NCBI GenBank assembly: GCA_964036045.1
Contig: OZ038378.1
Coordinates: forward strand, 165,106,001 to 165,170,000
Direction of reading: 5' to 3'
Length of the DNA stretch: 64,000 nucleotides
Source: Eutreptiella sp. 'Long Island Sound 2002'
Taxonomy: Eukaryota; Protista; Euglenida
Shown here: piece after piece, positions 25,010-38,405 of the stretch
Layout of the letters: each line of letters begins with the position of its first letter
Numbering within the stretch: position 1 is the stretch's first letter
Translations under genes and position numbers: made by a program
The notes under the pieces: model-generated
The model's input: only the letters and a program-made list of their open reading frames with translations
Database searches by the model: none
What the model was told of the DNA's origin: nothing

Positions 25010-25693
25010 GTGTACCTGGTGTACTACTTCCGCGACGTCGTGCGGGTCAACGACCCCATCCAGACGATGTCGTGGGTGGCGGTCATGGCGCTCTTCGGCG
25101 GCATCCTGGCGGCCATCCCGAGCGGCATCGTCAGCGACCGGATCGGGAAGAAGCCCCTGGTCTACCTCAGCATCGGCGTCACCATCGCGTCCCTCTCCTT
25201 CTTCATGTTGGCCGAGTCCATGGCCCACCTCCTCATCATCGGCCTCCTCTTCGGCGTCGGGAACGTCGCGTACCTCAGCGTCGACTACGCGATCGGCGTC
25301 CAGACGCTGCCGCGCAGCGACGACAGCGACTCGCCCCCGTCCAGCCCCACCGTCCACGACGGCGGGCTGCACCGCGGCCGCACCAGCTCCTTCTCGCACG
25401 GGTCGGTCGCGCCCAGCACGCCGCTGCCGTCCCCGCACCCGTACCGCCCGCCGCGGAAGCCGGGGACGACGGACGCGGCGAAGGACCTCGGCCTGTTCGC
25501 GATGGCCGCGACCATCGGGCAGCTCGTGGGGCAGCTGATCTACGGGGCGGTCCTGCAGAGCTACTCCACGCGGACGCCGTACGAGGCGGAGACCCACTAC
25601 TCGCACTGGGGGTACATCGCGGTGTACAGCATCGGGGGCATCATGTTCGTGCTGTCGGGCGTGTGCATGCACTTCATCACGGACATCAACTGA
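25010..25693 (+). CDS. MFS transporter last exon
   Basis: CCCCTGCAG acceptor, phase 0. Second motif A GIVSDRIGKKPLV, NVAYLSVDYAIG, AKDLGLFAMAATIGQ; stop TGA at 25691-25693. Confidence 0.9.
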   Translation: MYLVYYFRDVVRVNDPIQTMSWVAVMALFGGILAAIPSGIVSDRIGKKPLVYLSIGVTIASLSFFMLAESMAHLLIIGLLFGVGNVAYLSVDYAIGVQTLPRSDDSDSPPSSPTVHDGGLHRGRTSSFSHGSVAPSTPLPSPHPYRPPRKPGTTDAAKDLGLFAMAATIGQLVGQLIYGAVLQSYSTRTPYEAETHYSHWGYIAVYSIGGIMFVLSGVCMHFITDIN

Positions 25694-26509
25694 CGCGGGG
25701 GCGCCGCCCTCCGCGCGTTGTGGGGGGGGGGGGGGGGTATCGGAACGGCTGACAACCGCAGGAGAAGGGGGGGGGGGGGGTTACCCTCACCCCCGACCAA
25801 AGGGACCATCGTGGGAAAGAACGGAATTTACCGTTGGGACAATCTGATGGGGCCTTTTTAGGTACCCACACTTTTGGGTCCCAGACCCCCCCTTCTGATA
25901 CTGCCATTCGGCACTGATGTGGTTTGCACTGCAGTGCAGCAAGTCAAAACAATGAACTGTGATTCGTAGCTATGACCGTATGCCTGTGTCACGGGGGTAT
26001 ACGCGGGCTCAGTATCCGTTGCTCATGGCCTCCCCCCCCCCCTCTAATACTGCCCTGGGGGCGGGGCCTTCCCGGCGGGTGCCGGCGCCTGCCCTCGGCG
26101 CAGATCCTGCCGCAGCGTCGGGCGTTCCGAACGGCGCGGCGCAGGCGCGCGCGCGGGCACGTGGCGGTCCGGGCGGCAGACGTATCATCGGGGGACGGCG
26201 CGTGGCACGAAGGGCGATAGCCCCCGTTGTCGGGATCGCAGCGGCGGATGGTGTGCACGGGGCGGTGGGGGGGAAGGGGGTGGGGCCTCTCGAGAGGTGG
26301 ATCGGGACCAGTGGGTCCTGCGGTTTGCCAAGAGCCCCCCGTGTCACTTCCTTCCGCACAGGCGATGCCTCGTCCAGGGCTCCTTGAGGGGCCGCTGGTG
26401 CCATGGGCCGTGGGGCTTCGGCATGGGCGGGCGTCGTGAGCAGGGGTTTGATTGGAATGCCTGACAACCGTAGGAGCAGCCCCCCCCCCCCCCCCGCCTA
26501 AGGGGCCTC

Positions 26510-26690
26510 GGAGGCGGCCCCAGAAGCCGTTGGACAGGCGGTTGCAGGGAGTTGCCAAAGCGGTTGGGGGCGGTTGGGGAGGTTGTCAAAGCGGTTAGGG
26601 GCGGTTGTAGGAGGATCCCAAAGCGGTTGGGGGCGGTTGGAGGAGGTTGCCAAAGCGGTTGGGGGCGGTTGCCTAAGCGGTTCCCGCCCA
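26510..26690. repeat. Family R2 tandem copies
   Basis: Degenerate tandem GCGGTTGGGGGCGGTTGG-type units. Confidence 0.85.
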
Positions 26691-29600
26691 GACCCCCCCC
26701 CCCTCCTCCTCCTCTTCCAATGCGTGTGATCCGGGACATTTTCAGGATTTTGGGAGACAAGTCCTCTGCGGCCCTCGGTCGCAGACTTTCCTTGAAGAAC
26801 ATTTCCTCTGGCCCTTTGGGCTACACCACCGGAGGATGGAGGCTTTCCCCCGACCCCCTCCCCCGCCCGCAAACCTCCTCCCCTTTCCTCCTCTGCTCTG
26901 GTCGTGAGGCTCTGGGGCGGTGCCTCGGCGCAGGGCTGGTGGGCCTCGACCGGGGCCCTCGAATCGCCGAATGCTCCGATGATCCCCTCGACCGCCGCAC
27001 CGGAGGTCACACCCGGTGCGGCCGTGGGAGGGCGCCCCCCGCCCCCCGCCCCCCCAAAACAACAAAAACGCTCGTGGAGCGCTGCGGGGCGCTCCGCCGG
27101 GGCAGAGCGCGCGCACTCCGCATGGACGACGATTGCCGTGCGGATCCTGCGCTGCGTGGGTGCCACGGCCCGCCGCCGACGGAGAAGCAGAAGCGGGGGG
27201 CCAACGCCGCGGCTTTGGGGGGGTCTTCGAGACCCAAGGCCTCGGCGAAGGAAGGCCTCGTCGAGATCTTCGCGAAGGGCGAGAAGTCGGTTATCGCCGC
27301 CAACTGCCACGAGAGCAGCGCGATTGTCGGGCTCTGTGCCCCCCCCCCCCCCCCCAACATCGCCAGCACCGGCCCAACGCGACCACCGCTTCTCTTCCGG
27401 CGCTCATGCGGCAGCGTCAGCACTGGCCCGGCGCGTCGCCCGCCCGGAAGGCGGTTCGGTTCGCGGTGTCGCGTGGGCCCAGCCTTCGTTCAACGGGGGC
27501 GAACCGTGGGAGAAGTGAAGAAGAAGGGGCCCCTCCGGGGGACCGCAGGGAAACCGCGGCAATCGACACGCGCTGTGTCTCCTGCGCGCCCCCACGTGCC
27601 GGCCCCGAGCCGCGCCCGTGGCATCGCGGTGCCATGTCCCATAGACTCGGGGGAAGGGGGGGGCCAAAGGGATGAGACCGGGGGAGATCGCACGGCCGTG
27701 GGCTGTGCCTTGCAGCGCCTCGGCGCACGCGGTGCACTGTTGTTGAAGGACCGATCGGGGGGTCCCGTTGGGCACTCCGTGTGCGTGGGGGACGGGCAGG
27801 GGAGTGTGATAATGGCCGTGCACCGCAGGACGAGGGAGGGGGGGGGGTCGCCCCCCGCCCCCCGACCAAAGGGACCATCGTCGGAAAGAGCGAAATGTGC
27901 CGTTGGGAAAATCTGATCGGGCCTTTTTTGGTACACACATTTTCTGGGCCCCAGACCCCCCCCCCCCTCCCCCGTCCAACACTGCCCTGGGGACCTGGGG
28001 ACGGGCCATTGCACCGGCGATCTGTGGGGGGGGGTCACGGACCGCGTCAGGAAGTGCAGCGGGAACTACATCCGGTCACGACGCCTTCGCGGCGTCGCAG
28101 GCCATGCAGACGCCTCCCCGCGGCCTCTTCAGGCGCTCTGCCCGGCGTTGAGGCCGCGCTTCCGTGACGGCTCGCCCCGGGACGGCCGGGGGTGAGGCAT
28201 TGAGCCGCCGCGGGTGCCGCACGGGGGGGCGGGTTGTGGGGCTGGTGACCGCTCCGACCATCGCCACAGCAATCCCCCCCCCCCCCGCGTCTGTACGCAC
28301 CACGGCCCCGTGTTGCCGGTGTTTTGGGGACCGCCAGTTTGTGGCCCAGCACGACATGCCACAAAACAGTGAGCCCAGTGTGTGTGGAAAGGAAAGCGGC
28401 ACGCAGGGCCCGCCGCTGCCGAGCACGGCGCCGTCCTGCGGGTTACGGAGGATTGGGCGCCGTGGGACGGCCTGACCCACCATGCGCCTCCCGCGCGCGC
28501 GCACGGGGGCGCGGCCGCGTCGAAGCCCTCCGTGTAACCGTGTTTTTCTGGGCTGTGCTTGCGCCCGGGGGAGGGGGGGGGGGGGGCGGTACGAAAGTGG
28601 TGTGTGGAGGAAACACAGCGAGGCAGGTTATGGACCGCCTGAGGACGGAGGTGCGTGGACAGCAAAAACAGTCAAACGACCCCCGCGACAACCAGCACAA
28701 CCCCCAATACGCCAACTACTGGGCGCCGCTGACGCGCAAACGGCACATCCTGCCACATCCATCACAGCCCCAGCACACGAACCACTGGGCTCCGCGAACG
28801 CGGAAACGACACCAGCAAGAGCACCGGCCGCAGCGGCCGACAGAAAGCAGCGACCCGACGCAACATGTGAAGGGAAGAACGGGTGACTGTCCAGGGCCCC
28901 GTAAAGAAAGAACAACCAGACGGAATGTCACAGAGGGGGTTAGGGGAGGTGATGTCTAGCGAGTAAACACCCCGGAAATCAAGTAACACATGCATTGCAT
29001 GAAAGCGACCAATGCGTTGTGCTTTCTTCCTTCTTCCAATTTCCCCTGAAACTGCAATGCACTATTGCAAGGCAGTAGGGCCTGATTGCTGCCCTCATTC
29101 CCGTCATCAATTGGGCTTTGTCTTTTGGGTGTGTGTGCATCCCCGACACAAGTATCCCCCCTCCCCCCCGGCCCATGTTTTTAATAGCAGTGGGAGTATC
29201 TGCCACTGCCTCCAGCCCCATTTTGAAGCATATTGCTGCCACCAAGCAGGGGTTCATAACCTTTTTTTGTTGCATCAGGTGCAGCGGTGGGCAAAATGTG
29301 CCGTCTGTGGGCATGCAAGTGCCGCAGCATGTGCCAGTCTGCAGGGGGCCGTCACCGTGGGGGAGTATTAGCGCGCTGGGCGCGTGTTGGGCATCTTTTT
29401 TTGACCATTCCCCACCCGTGCCTGTTTTTGCCTCCCCCTCACCAATCAATCTGGAGTACCTTCTTGCCGTGTCTAAGAATTTGGCCCATCAATTGCACCC
29501 TTTTAATGATGATGGCAAGGGTGGTGGTTGGAAGTGGTGGGAGTGGCATTTTGTGCTGTTGAATTCTCATTTTTCAGCTTATGCAACGTGCCTTGCACGG

Positions 29601-32600
29601 AAGGTTTGCGGTCTAGTGCGGCCTACTTGGGGGACTTCCCTAGGTGAGGATAAACTTGGGGCTAGAGATAAGATACTTAATACAAAGGTAGTGCGCCGGG
29701 CATGCGCCGGGCAAACATTCCCCCCAGAGGGGCATGCTAGGCATTGTTTCAGGCTTCAATGCCCCCAACTAGCGCCATCTCGAGCACTATCCAAGACTTC
29801 CTAGCTTTGGGGCCCCCGATACAGCAAGGGTTGTGAGCGATCCCAGTCCTCCTCACCGTAGGCACCTGTAGGGGTATGTGGCCATGTCAGTCCCGGACAT
29901 TATGCAGCCACTTCAGTCCTGGCACTCTGACCTTCTGGCAACGATCATACCCATGGGTTGTACAGGGCTGGGATTGAGCATTTTTTTGCTCATTGGTGGC
30001 ATTTGGGTTTGGTGAGGGACATCTGGTGCGGCTGGTGCGGCTGTGCAAGTTGAGTTGCATCAGTCAGTGCTGATTTGTTGCACTTTACATGTGTGTTTTG
30101 TGCTGTCAAAACCACCACATTTTGTGGCGAAGCTTCAGAAAATTATTTTGCTGAGTGCATTGGCCCATGCATTTATGTTGTTGTCATTGTGCAATTAGAA
30201 TTGGCAGGTTTGGTGTTGTGTTGTGTGCTGTGCAGAGATGCTCTCAGGGGTGATTTAACTGGTCTTACAGGCCGATCCCCTGAGGACGCTGGCCTACGTC
30301 AACAGGGCTTGCTCAGGGGCGGGTCCTGAGGGGAGTGGCACTAACCTGTGAGGCCCTTTACTCGCAACCCCCTCTGTCAGCCTAACCTCCCAAGGGCAGT
30401 GTGCACTGATAGTGCTTGAAACTAGGCCTAATCAGTGTGTACCAGTATCAGTATCAGTGTGGTGGGGTGGCAATTTTTGTGATGTGCATCGGGGCTCCTG
30501 GAGGGAAGGGGACATTTGGGGCTCAAGTGCAGGATATTTGCCAAAAATTAGCGCTCCAAGTGTGCGCTGGGCAAATGCTCCCCTGCACACCAGTTGATCT
30601 CAGGTCCAGCATCCAGGTGTAGAATGTCTGTAGTGGAGACCATGTGTGCAGGCTTGCTGTGCTGGCAGTGTTTGGGAGGGAGGGCTACTGCGAATCGTTT
30701 CTTTTTGAGCTGTCATACTGACATGGTATTCGCATTCCAGATGATTGCTACAATCTCCTGAGAGCTGTGTGTACCTTGTACCTGATTCCCCACACAAAGC
30801 AGGATGAGCGGAGCAGCGTATGCTTGAGTACAGGGGTTGCACGCGAAAGTTCGGAGCATTGGGACGCCCCCAGTACGTACATGATGTGGAGATTCCAACC
30901 AGAGTACCCAAGGTAGCAGGTTGGCCCTGCATGTACTGTTCTTGCTCTGTGGCATCTGAGATCATTTCAGCAATGAATTTTGGCATGCGGTACATACAGT
31001 CAGAAGAATGTCATCGTTTGTCAAAGTACAAGTGAATGGAAATGCGCATCCATCCATGCATGTACCAAGGTATCTACCACGGGTAATTCAGGACACCAGG
31101 CAGGTTTGCAAAAGAAAACAGGTCCCTGTTTCCTTTCGCGAGGTTGTATGCATTTGCATAACCACAAAAGCAGGCAGGTGCCTACACTACTTGCGCACAT
31201 GAAACAGCTGCATATCTACCTGTTGTGCACAGAAACAGGTGTACCTTCCACTGTCAAAGGGGACCTCCATGAGCGTTATTATTTAACCACATATGCCTGG
31301 ATTAAAGAAATGGGAAAGATGGGTACCTCCTCGCTGGCTTCAAATGTCATAACTGCATTTCCTGCAAATTCTGGTGGAAGATGTTCTATTCCCATGGAAT
31401 CGTTTAGGTCTGCTGCTGAGGATCACATGAACAGTCGACTCAGATGGGGTCTGCACAGTGCACACGGCTTGCAGTGGCAACTGCAACACATTACAGTATC
31501 CGGTTTGTTGAGAAGCCTGCACCAAGGTGTCATTTTTGCAATAGTTCTTGTTACTACTGATGATGCAGATGCTCTTGTGTTTGCAGTAGCACCCTTACGT
31601 GTACTTGCACCTGATTGAAGCTACATGGTCCCATTGTAGCAGGGTATGGTTCTTCTTTAACAGTATTTGCATTTGATCAACATTCATATTAACGGTTTGA
31701 GAGCAGCTTGAAGATCAATAGATTACCCAGAATGCCGTCCACACGGGGGGCCGTCTTCTCAGTTCGGGCACCCCCCCCCCCCCCCTCCCTGCCCTCCGGG
31801 CCCACTTAGTTACCAAGGGTCAATGGCTGTGGGCCATACATAGGGTGGCGCCAAAGGTGCCCAAAAATTTTGTCCCCTGTGCTGGGGACCCCCGAGAATG
31901 CAGGGGTTACATAGCACTTCCGCCCATTGCGGGCCCCCAAGAAGGCAGGGGTGAGTTAGCCACTTTTGATTTGGTTCCCCCCCTTAGCGAGTAGCAGCGA
32001 CGAGCTAGTCCCCCAGAGAAGCCCTCTTCGGCGGCTAGCCGGACCCCCCCCCAAGACCCCCCCGCCTTGGGGGTCTTTGGCCCACTTCTACTTGGGTGGG
32101 GGGAGTCGCGTCTAAAAGCGAGGAGACGGCCCCCTCGTGGTCGTCCACAATGGAATGGTGTGTACCCCCCCTTTTTTTACCAAAAAGCCCCCCTCTTCGT
32201 ACCATTTGTTACCGAAAAGCCCCCCATCCCATTTTTTCCAACAAAAACCCCCCGGTAAAGTGTGGGGGTTTTTTTTTTGGTAACGTTTGGGGGGTTTGTT
32301 GGTTTTTGGTACTACCACTACAGCTTAGTACCGACCCAGTTTTAAACTCTGGCCATCTGCATCACAGACTTCCACCGTGCCAGCTCCACAAAGACTTGAG
32401 CTGCAGCCCCACTACACCAACTGCACGGTACCACGGCCGTCAGGCCTAGCCTAGGCTGATTCCGCCACAATGAGGGTGGTGCGGATGCAGTGAGCAGGGG
32501 GGGGGGAGACACGGTACGCCCTAAACCCAGGTATAACACCTTAATTCCCAGTTTAGGACACCCGCGCCTCCTCTCTCAGTAGTGCTTTAGTTTTTACACG

Positions 32601-33174
32601 GACCCACCCACCCAACCCATTGCACCCCGCAAATCACAGGGCAGGAGATTCAGACCAGAGAGATATGTGATACTGTCTATTTGGAGCCACAACATACCGT
32701 GGCAATGGCCTGACACGCTGGTGGCAGCGGCGCGCACAAGCCTACCCGAGAACACCAACGTATTGTGAGACTGCGACACGAGTTCTGCTTGCGAGTAGGG
32801 AGGGAGGGCAGTGGCAGGTAGTGATAGTGAGGCACGTGCGGATGCAGCGAGCAGGGGGGGGGGGGGCGGGGAGACACGGTACACCTTAAACCATGGATCA
32901 AGGGGCCACACCAGAGTGTGGGAGTCCATATCTCAAACTTGAGGGGCGACACAGTAGCGCTATTTCCCCAACGGGAGGAGCAAACTTGTGGGTTTCAAGA
33001 CTGTGGCTACAGCTCTGCGTTTTCACAATAAAAACCCCGTATTTGACTATAACCCCCCCCAAAAAAAATCTTACCAAATACCCTAGATCTTACCAAAAAG
33101 CCCCCAAAGTTTACCCAAAATCCTCCCAAATGTTACCAAAAAAAAACATCAAAGTTTGTCCCCACTCTTCACTT

Positions 33175-33350
33175 TCCAATAGCCATGTGGGTGCATAATG
33201 ATTGTGCACGGTGCATAATCTCATCACTTCCTGGTAGCCATACGGGTTGATGATAATTGTGTGCATGATCTCATCAAGTTCCAGCAGCCATACGGGTGCA
33301 TAATCATTGTGCCGGGTGCATAATCTCATCAGGCTCCGCTAGGCATACGG
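33175..33350. repeat. 55-bp satellite, short cluster
   Basis: About three units of GGGTGCATAAT..GTGCA.GGTGCATAATCTCATC...TAGCCATAC. Confidence 0.85.
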
Positions 33351-33981
33351 GTGCACGGAGATGGAGAGGATGATACTCAAGATGCCCTGCAGCATACCCT
33401 GCTGCCAATTGAACTTGCGCCCATGTTTGTACCTCCTCCCACCCGTGGGTGTTCCCCCCTACAGCCACGCAGATGCATGTGGAGCATGCTAACCTATCCG
33501 AATATATAGTGCCCTTAGAGGCAATGCCGGGGTCGCGGAGGCCCGGTGCCCGTCCGAGATTGGCCACATGGCGCTTGACCCTGTTACCCCTAGTTCTAGG
33601 CCCGGTGACCTCACTGAGTTTGAAGCTCCGGTGGTGGAGACGGGGATACGCCATGGGGGCTTAGCCTCGTCGCGGCTATGTGCAGACGACCCGTCAGCAC
33701 GGTGGGTTCGCAGCTGTGTTGAGCCGCCGGGTTATGCTAGGGGTTGGGTTGGGTTCCTGTGCCCTCCCCTGCGCACTCCAAGATGCTGTACACTATAATG
33801 CAGGTCGACAGGTCTCCAGAGGCCCAGGCAGTTCATGGCCGAGCATCCACAGAGCAAACACAGAACGCCCTACGGATGGAGCCTCTTGTCATACAGGGTC
33901 CAGCCAGTCTAACCACCACTCTGGCCTGTCGCTCATGTCGGGCTCAGTGTAGATATGGCAATGACCCCATTGGCTATCGCA

Positions 33982-34293
33982 CCCTAAAATGAATTCTCCT
34001 TCTTTGTCAACCTTGACCCGTGTCCTATTTTGTTGATCCTGGTTGTTCTTTAGAGTCGGCAGAAAGGACAAGCACTCAAGTGACCCGCAGAGCTAACCGC
34101 AAAAAACGCCTCACTGTACTTTACATAGTGGAGCACCCCAACCAAGAAGGGGACGCGTGCATTGATTGGACTTCGCAGTACTGCTGGACTAATGGCTGGA
34201 ATTGTCTATGGCGGGGACATTCAGTCTATCGGAACCGACCATTGATCCCCCTAAAATGAATTCTCCTTCTTTGTCAACCTTGACCCGTGTCCT
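33982..34293. repeat. Identical 45-bp direct repeats (33982-34026 and 34249-34293); partial third copy at ~34415
   Basis: CCCTAAAATGAATTCTCCTTCTTTGTCAACCTTGACCCGTGTCCT occurs twice. Confidence 0.9.
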
Positions 34294-34436
34294 TGACAAG
34301 GAAAGAAGCTATGGTATGTTCTGAGAGTGTAGTTAGATCCACATTGACTCGTATTGCTGCAGAACTATTGCAGAACTATTGCAGCTTCGTCAAAAAAAGA
34401 AAAGGACTATTGCTCCTTAAAATGAATTCCTTCCAA

Positions 34437-37400
34437 ACGGATGCATAATAATTGCACAGGGTGCATAATCTCTACAGTTTCCGGTAGTCATACGGGTACA
34501 TAATAATTGTGCAGGGTGCATGATCTCAACAGTTTCCGGTAGCCACACGGGTGCATAATGGTTTGTGAAGGGTGCATAATCTAATTAGTTTCCAGTAGCC
34601 ATACGGGTGCATGATAATTGTGCAGAGTGCATATTGTAATCAGTTTCGAGTAGCCATACGGGTACATAATAATTGTGTAGGGTGCATAATCTCATCAATT
34701 GCCGCTGGGCATACGGGTGCATAATAATTATGCAGGGTGCATAATGTAATCAATTTTTAGTAGCCATACGGGTGCATAATGATTATGCACGGTGCATAAT
34801 GTCATCGGGTTCCGGTAGCCATCCGGGTACATAATAATTGTGTAGGGTGCATAATCATCATTTTCTAGTAGCCATATGGGTGCATAATGATTGTGCAGGG
34901 TGCATAATGGAATCAGGGTGCACAATAATTGTGCAGTAGGCATAATCTCATTAGTTTTCTGGTAGCCATGTGGGTGCATAATACTTGGGCAGGGTGCATA
35001 ATGTCATCAGTTTCCAGTCGCCGTATGGGTGCATAATAATTGTGCAGGGTGCATAATGTCATCACTTTCCCGTAGCCATATGGGTGCATAGTAATTATGC
35101 AGGGTGCATGGTCTAATCAGTTTCTAGTAGCCATACGGGTGCATAATGCTTATGCAGGGTGCATAATCCAATCAGTTTCCAGTAGCCATACAGGTACATG
35201 ATAATTGTGCAGGATGCATAATGTCATTAGCTTCCAGTAGCCATGCGGTGGCATAATCATCGTGCAGGGTGCATACTATCATCAGTTTCCGGTAGCCATA
35301 CGGGTGCACAATAATTGTGTAGGGTGCAGAGTCTAATCAGTTTCTGGTAGCTATATGGGTGCATAATAATTGTGCAGGGTGCATAGTCTCATCATTTTGT
35401 CGTAGCCATATGGGTGCATAATGATTGTGCAGGGTGCATAATCTCGTCATCTTCAGGTACCCATACGGCGGCATAAGAATTATGCAGGATGCACAATGTA
35501 ATCAATTTCTGGTAGCCATACGGATGCAAAACAATTGTGCAGGGTGCATAATGTCATCAGTTTCAAGTAACCATACGGGTGCATAATAATGATGCAGAGT
35601 GCATTATATAATCAGTTTCCAGTAGTCATATGGGTGCATAATAATTGTGCAGGGTGCATAGTCTCATCATTTTGTCGTGGTCATACAGGTGCATGATATT
35701 TGTGCAGGGTGCATAATCTAATTGGCTTCAGGTAAGCAAACGGGTGCATAATAATTTTGCAAGGTGCATAATGTCATCAGTTTCCGCTGGGCATACGGGT
35801 GCGTGATGGTTCTGCAGGGTGCATAATCTAATCAGCTTACAGTAGCCATACATATGCAGAACCATTGTGTAGGGTGCATAATCTCATCAGTTTCCGCTAG
35901 GCATACAGGTGCATAATAATTATGCACAGTGCATACTCTCATCAGTTTCTCATAGCCATACGGGTGCATAATAATTGTGCAGGGTGCATAATGTCATCCG
36001 TTTCCCGTAGCCATACGGGTGCATAAATATTCATTAGGGTGCACAACCTCATCGATGTCTCGTAGCCATACGCATGCATGATAGTTATGCAGGGTGCATA
36101 ATGTCATCAGTTTCCGCTAGGCATACGCGTGCATGATAATTGTGCACGGTGCATGATGTCATCGGTTTCCAGGAGCCATACTGGTGCATAATAATTTTGC
36201 AAGGTGCATGATCTCATCAGCTTCAGGTAACCAGATGGGTGCATAATAATGATGCAGGGTGCATAATCTAGTCAGCTTTCAGTAGCCATACCGGTGCATA
36301 ATAATTATGCAGGGTGCAGAATGTCATCAGTTTCTGCTAGGCATAACGGTTCATAATAATTATGCAGAGTGAATCATCTCATCAGTTTCCAGTAGCCATA
36401 CGGGTGCATGGTATTTATGCAGGGTGCATAATCTCATCGGGTTCCTCTAGGTATACGCGTGCATAATCATCATGCAGGGTGCATAATCTCATCAGTTTCC
36501 AGTAGCCATATGGGTGCATAATCTCATCAGTTTCCAGTAGGCATACGGGTGCATAATAATTTTGCAGGGTGCATAATCTCACGAGTTTCTCGTAGCCATA
36601 CGGTGCATAATAATTGTGCAGGCTGCATGATATCCTCAGCTTCCGCTAGGCATACGGGTGCATAATATTTGTGCAGGGTGCATAATCTCATCAGTTTCTG
36701 CTAGGCATACGGGTGCATAATAATGGTGTAGGGTGAATAATCTCATCAGTTTCCAGTAGCCATACGGATGCATAATAATTGTGCAGGGTGCAAAATCTCA
36801 TCAGTTTCCAGTAGCCCTACAGGTGCACAATAATTGTACAGGATGCATAATCTCATCATTTGCCGGTAGCCATACCGGTGCACAACACTTGTGCAAGGTG
36901 CATGATATCATCAGTTTCCGGTAGCTATACGAGCGCATAATAAATATGCAGGGTGCATATTCTCAACAGTCTCCGGTAGCCATACGGGTGCACAATAATT
37001 ATGTAGGGTGCATAATCTAATAAGTTTGCAGTAGCCATACGGGTGCATACTGATTGTGCAGGGTGCATAATGTCATCAGTTTCAGGTAACCATGCGGGTA
37101 CGTAATAATTATGCAGGGTGCATAATCTAATCAGTTTCCGGTAGCCATAGGGGTGCATAATAATTTTGTAGGGTGCATAATCCCATCGGTTTGCAGTAGC
37201 CATACAGGTGCATTATAATTTTGCAGAATGCATAATCTAATCAATTTCCAGTAGCCATACGGTTGCATAATACTTGTGCAGGGTGCATACTCTCCTCATC
37301 TTCAAGTAACCATTGGGGTGCATAATAATTATGCAGGGTGCATAATCTAATCAGTATCCGGTAGCCACACGGGTGCATAATAATAATCCAGGGCAATGTA

Positions 37401-37458
37401 ATCAGTTTCCAGTAGCCATACGGGTGCATAACAATTATGCAGGGTGCATAATCTGATC
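34437..37458. repeat. 55-bp satellite array, left arm (~55 units)
   Basis: Consensus GGGTGCATAATAATTGTGCAGGGTGCATAATCTCATCAGTTTCCAGTAGCCATAC (55 bp), with diverged copies. Confidence 0.95.
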
Positions 37459-37661
37459 ATCCCCTGTTTGTCTTGTCCCATTTTCGTTTACGAACAGGGG
37501 ATCACTTCTGCTGTTTGTGTACAGATTTGTTGAAAATTTATTGTGTTTTGTGAAGCAGCATGCAGGTCTTCCGCTCCCCGTTTAAGAGTGCGTCGTCTAA
37601 GGCCCCAGATCAAGGAGCATCGGGCTCTGGGGCGGACGCGTCGGCGCTGGACACCAGCTAG

Positions 37662-38264
37662 ATGTCGCCTGAGGAGCTCCGCGCGTTGCTGCAGTCCCAG
37701 CAAGAGGCGATCGGACATCTACAAGCTCGGTTGGAGAGCCTGGCCGTCGCGGAGAGAAATACGGTGCCGGACTTGACCACAGAGGCAGTGAAGCAGATGC
37801 TGGGGGGCGACAAAGTGGCCAGCTGGATGCGCCAGTCAGGCGAGGCGCTGCGGGACTACGTTAGAAGCGCGAGTGCTGCCCCGGTCAGGCCATGCGACGT
37901 GATGGGCAATGCGATGGAATGCCCGAGGGGCGACAGGCTGGCCTACAGGATTTGGGGTATTATCCTCGACTCCCAGCAGGCGTACGCCCAGAGGTTCACG
38001 TTGGACTCCAACAGCCGGGCGGACCCGTCCAACCCGCTGGATGCGATGAGCTGGCCAGATGCGGTCAAAAACGGGGGACCGTCCTTTAAGTATAAAGGCA
38101 TCGACTTCGCCATGCGACAAGGCGTCCTTCATTGGATGTCGAAGAAAGGAAGGTGGGTACCAATATCAGCCCGCCCGTCTGGTGACTGCCAGAGATGCGC
38201 AAAAGAGGGCGTCCCATCGGACCAGTTGAGGCACTGGCATTTCCAGTGTCCCCACTGGTCCTGA
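37662..38264 (+). CDS. Gag-like ORF1 of the YR element (200 aa)
   Basis: N-terminal coiled coil (EELRALLQSQQEAIGHLQARLESL); C-terminal knuckle CQRC-x10-HWHFQC. Confidence 0.75.
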   Translation: MSPEELRALLQSQQEAIGHLQARLESLAVAERNTVPDLTTEAVKQMLGGDKVASWMRQSGEALRDYVRSASAAPVRPCDVMGNAMECPRGDRLAYRIWGIILDSQQAYAQRFTLDSNSRADPSNPLDAMSWPDAVKNGGPSFKYKGIDFAMRQGVLHWMSKKGRWVPISARPSGDCQRCAKEGVPSDQLRHWHFQCPHWS

Positions 38265-38405
38265 CGGGACTGCCTCCACTGCGGTGAGGCGGGGTGGGGT
38301 TGGCCCTGTTGGTGTGAGGATTCCAGGTCCACGCGTCCAACCCCCACCCAAGAGGCCTCACCTGCCGCCAGAGCGACCTTCAGCGCGGCGGCGGCGGGGT
38401 GGGCA

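Noticed and set aside
26552-27916. 454-aa GC-rich ORF with some GC3 bias near 27180-27340
   Set aside because: No recognisable domain or splice sites; it begins and ends in repeats R2/R3, and several frames are open because of high GC.
34437-37458. Regular repeat array with palindromic boxes, superficially CRISPR-like
   Set aside because: The intervening segments are diverged copies of one another, not unique spacers. No cas genes; eukaryotic context.
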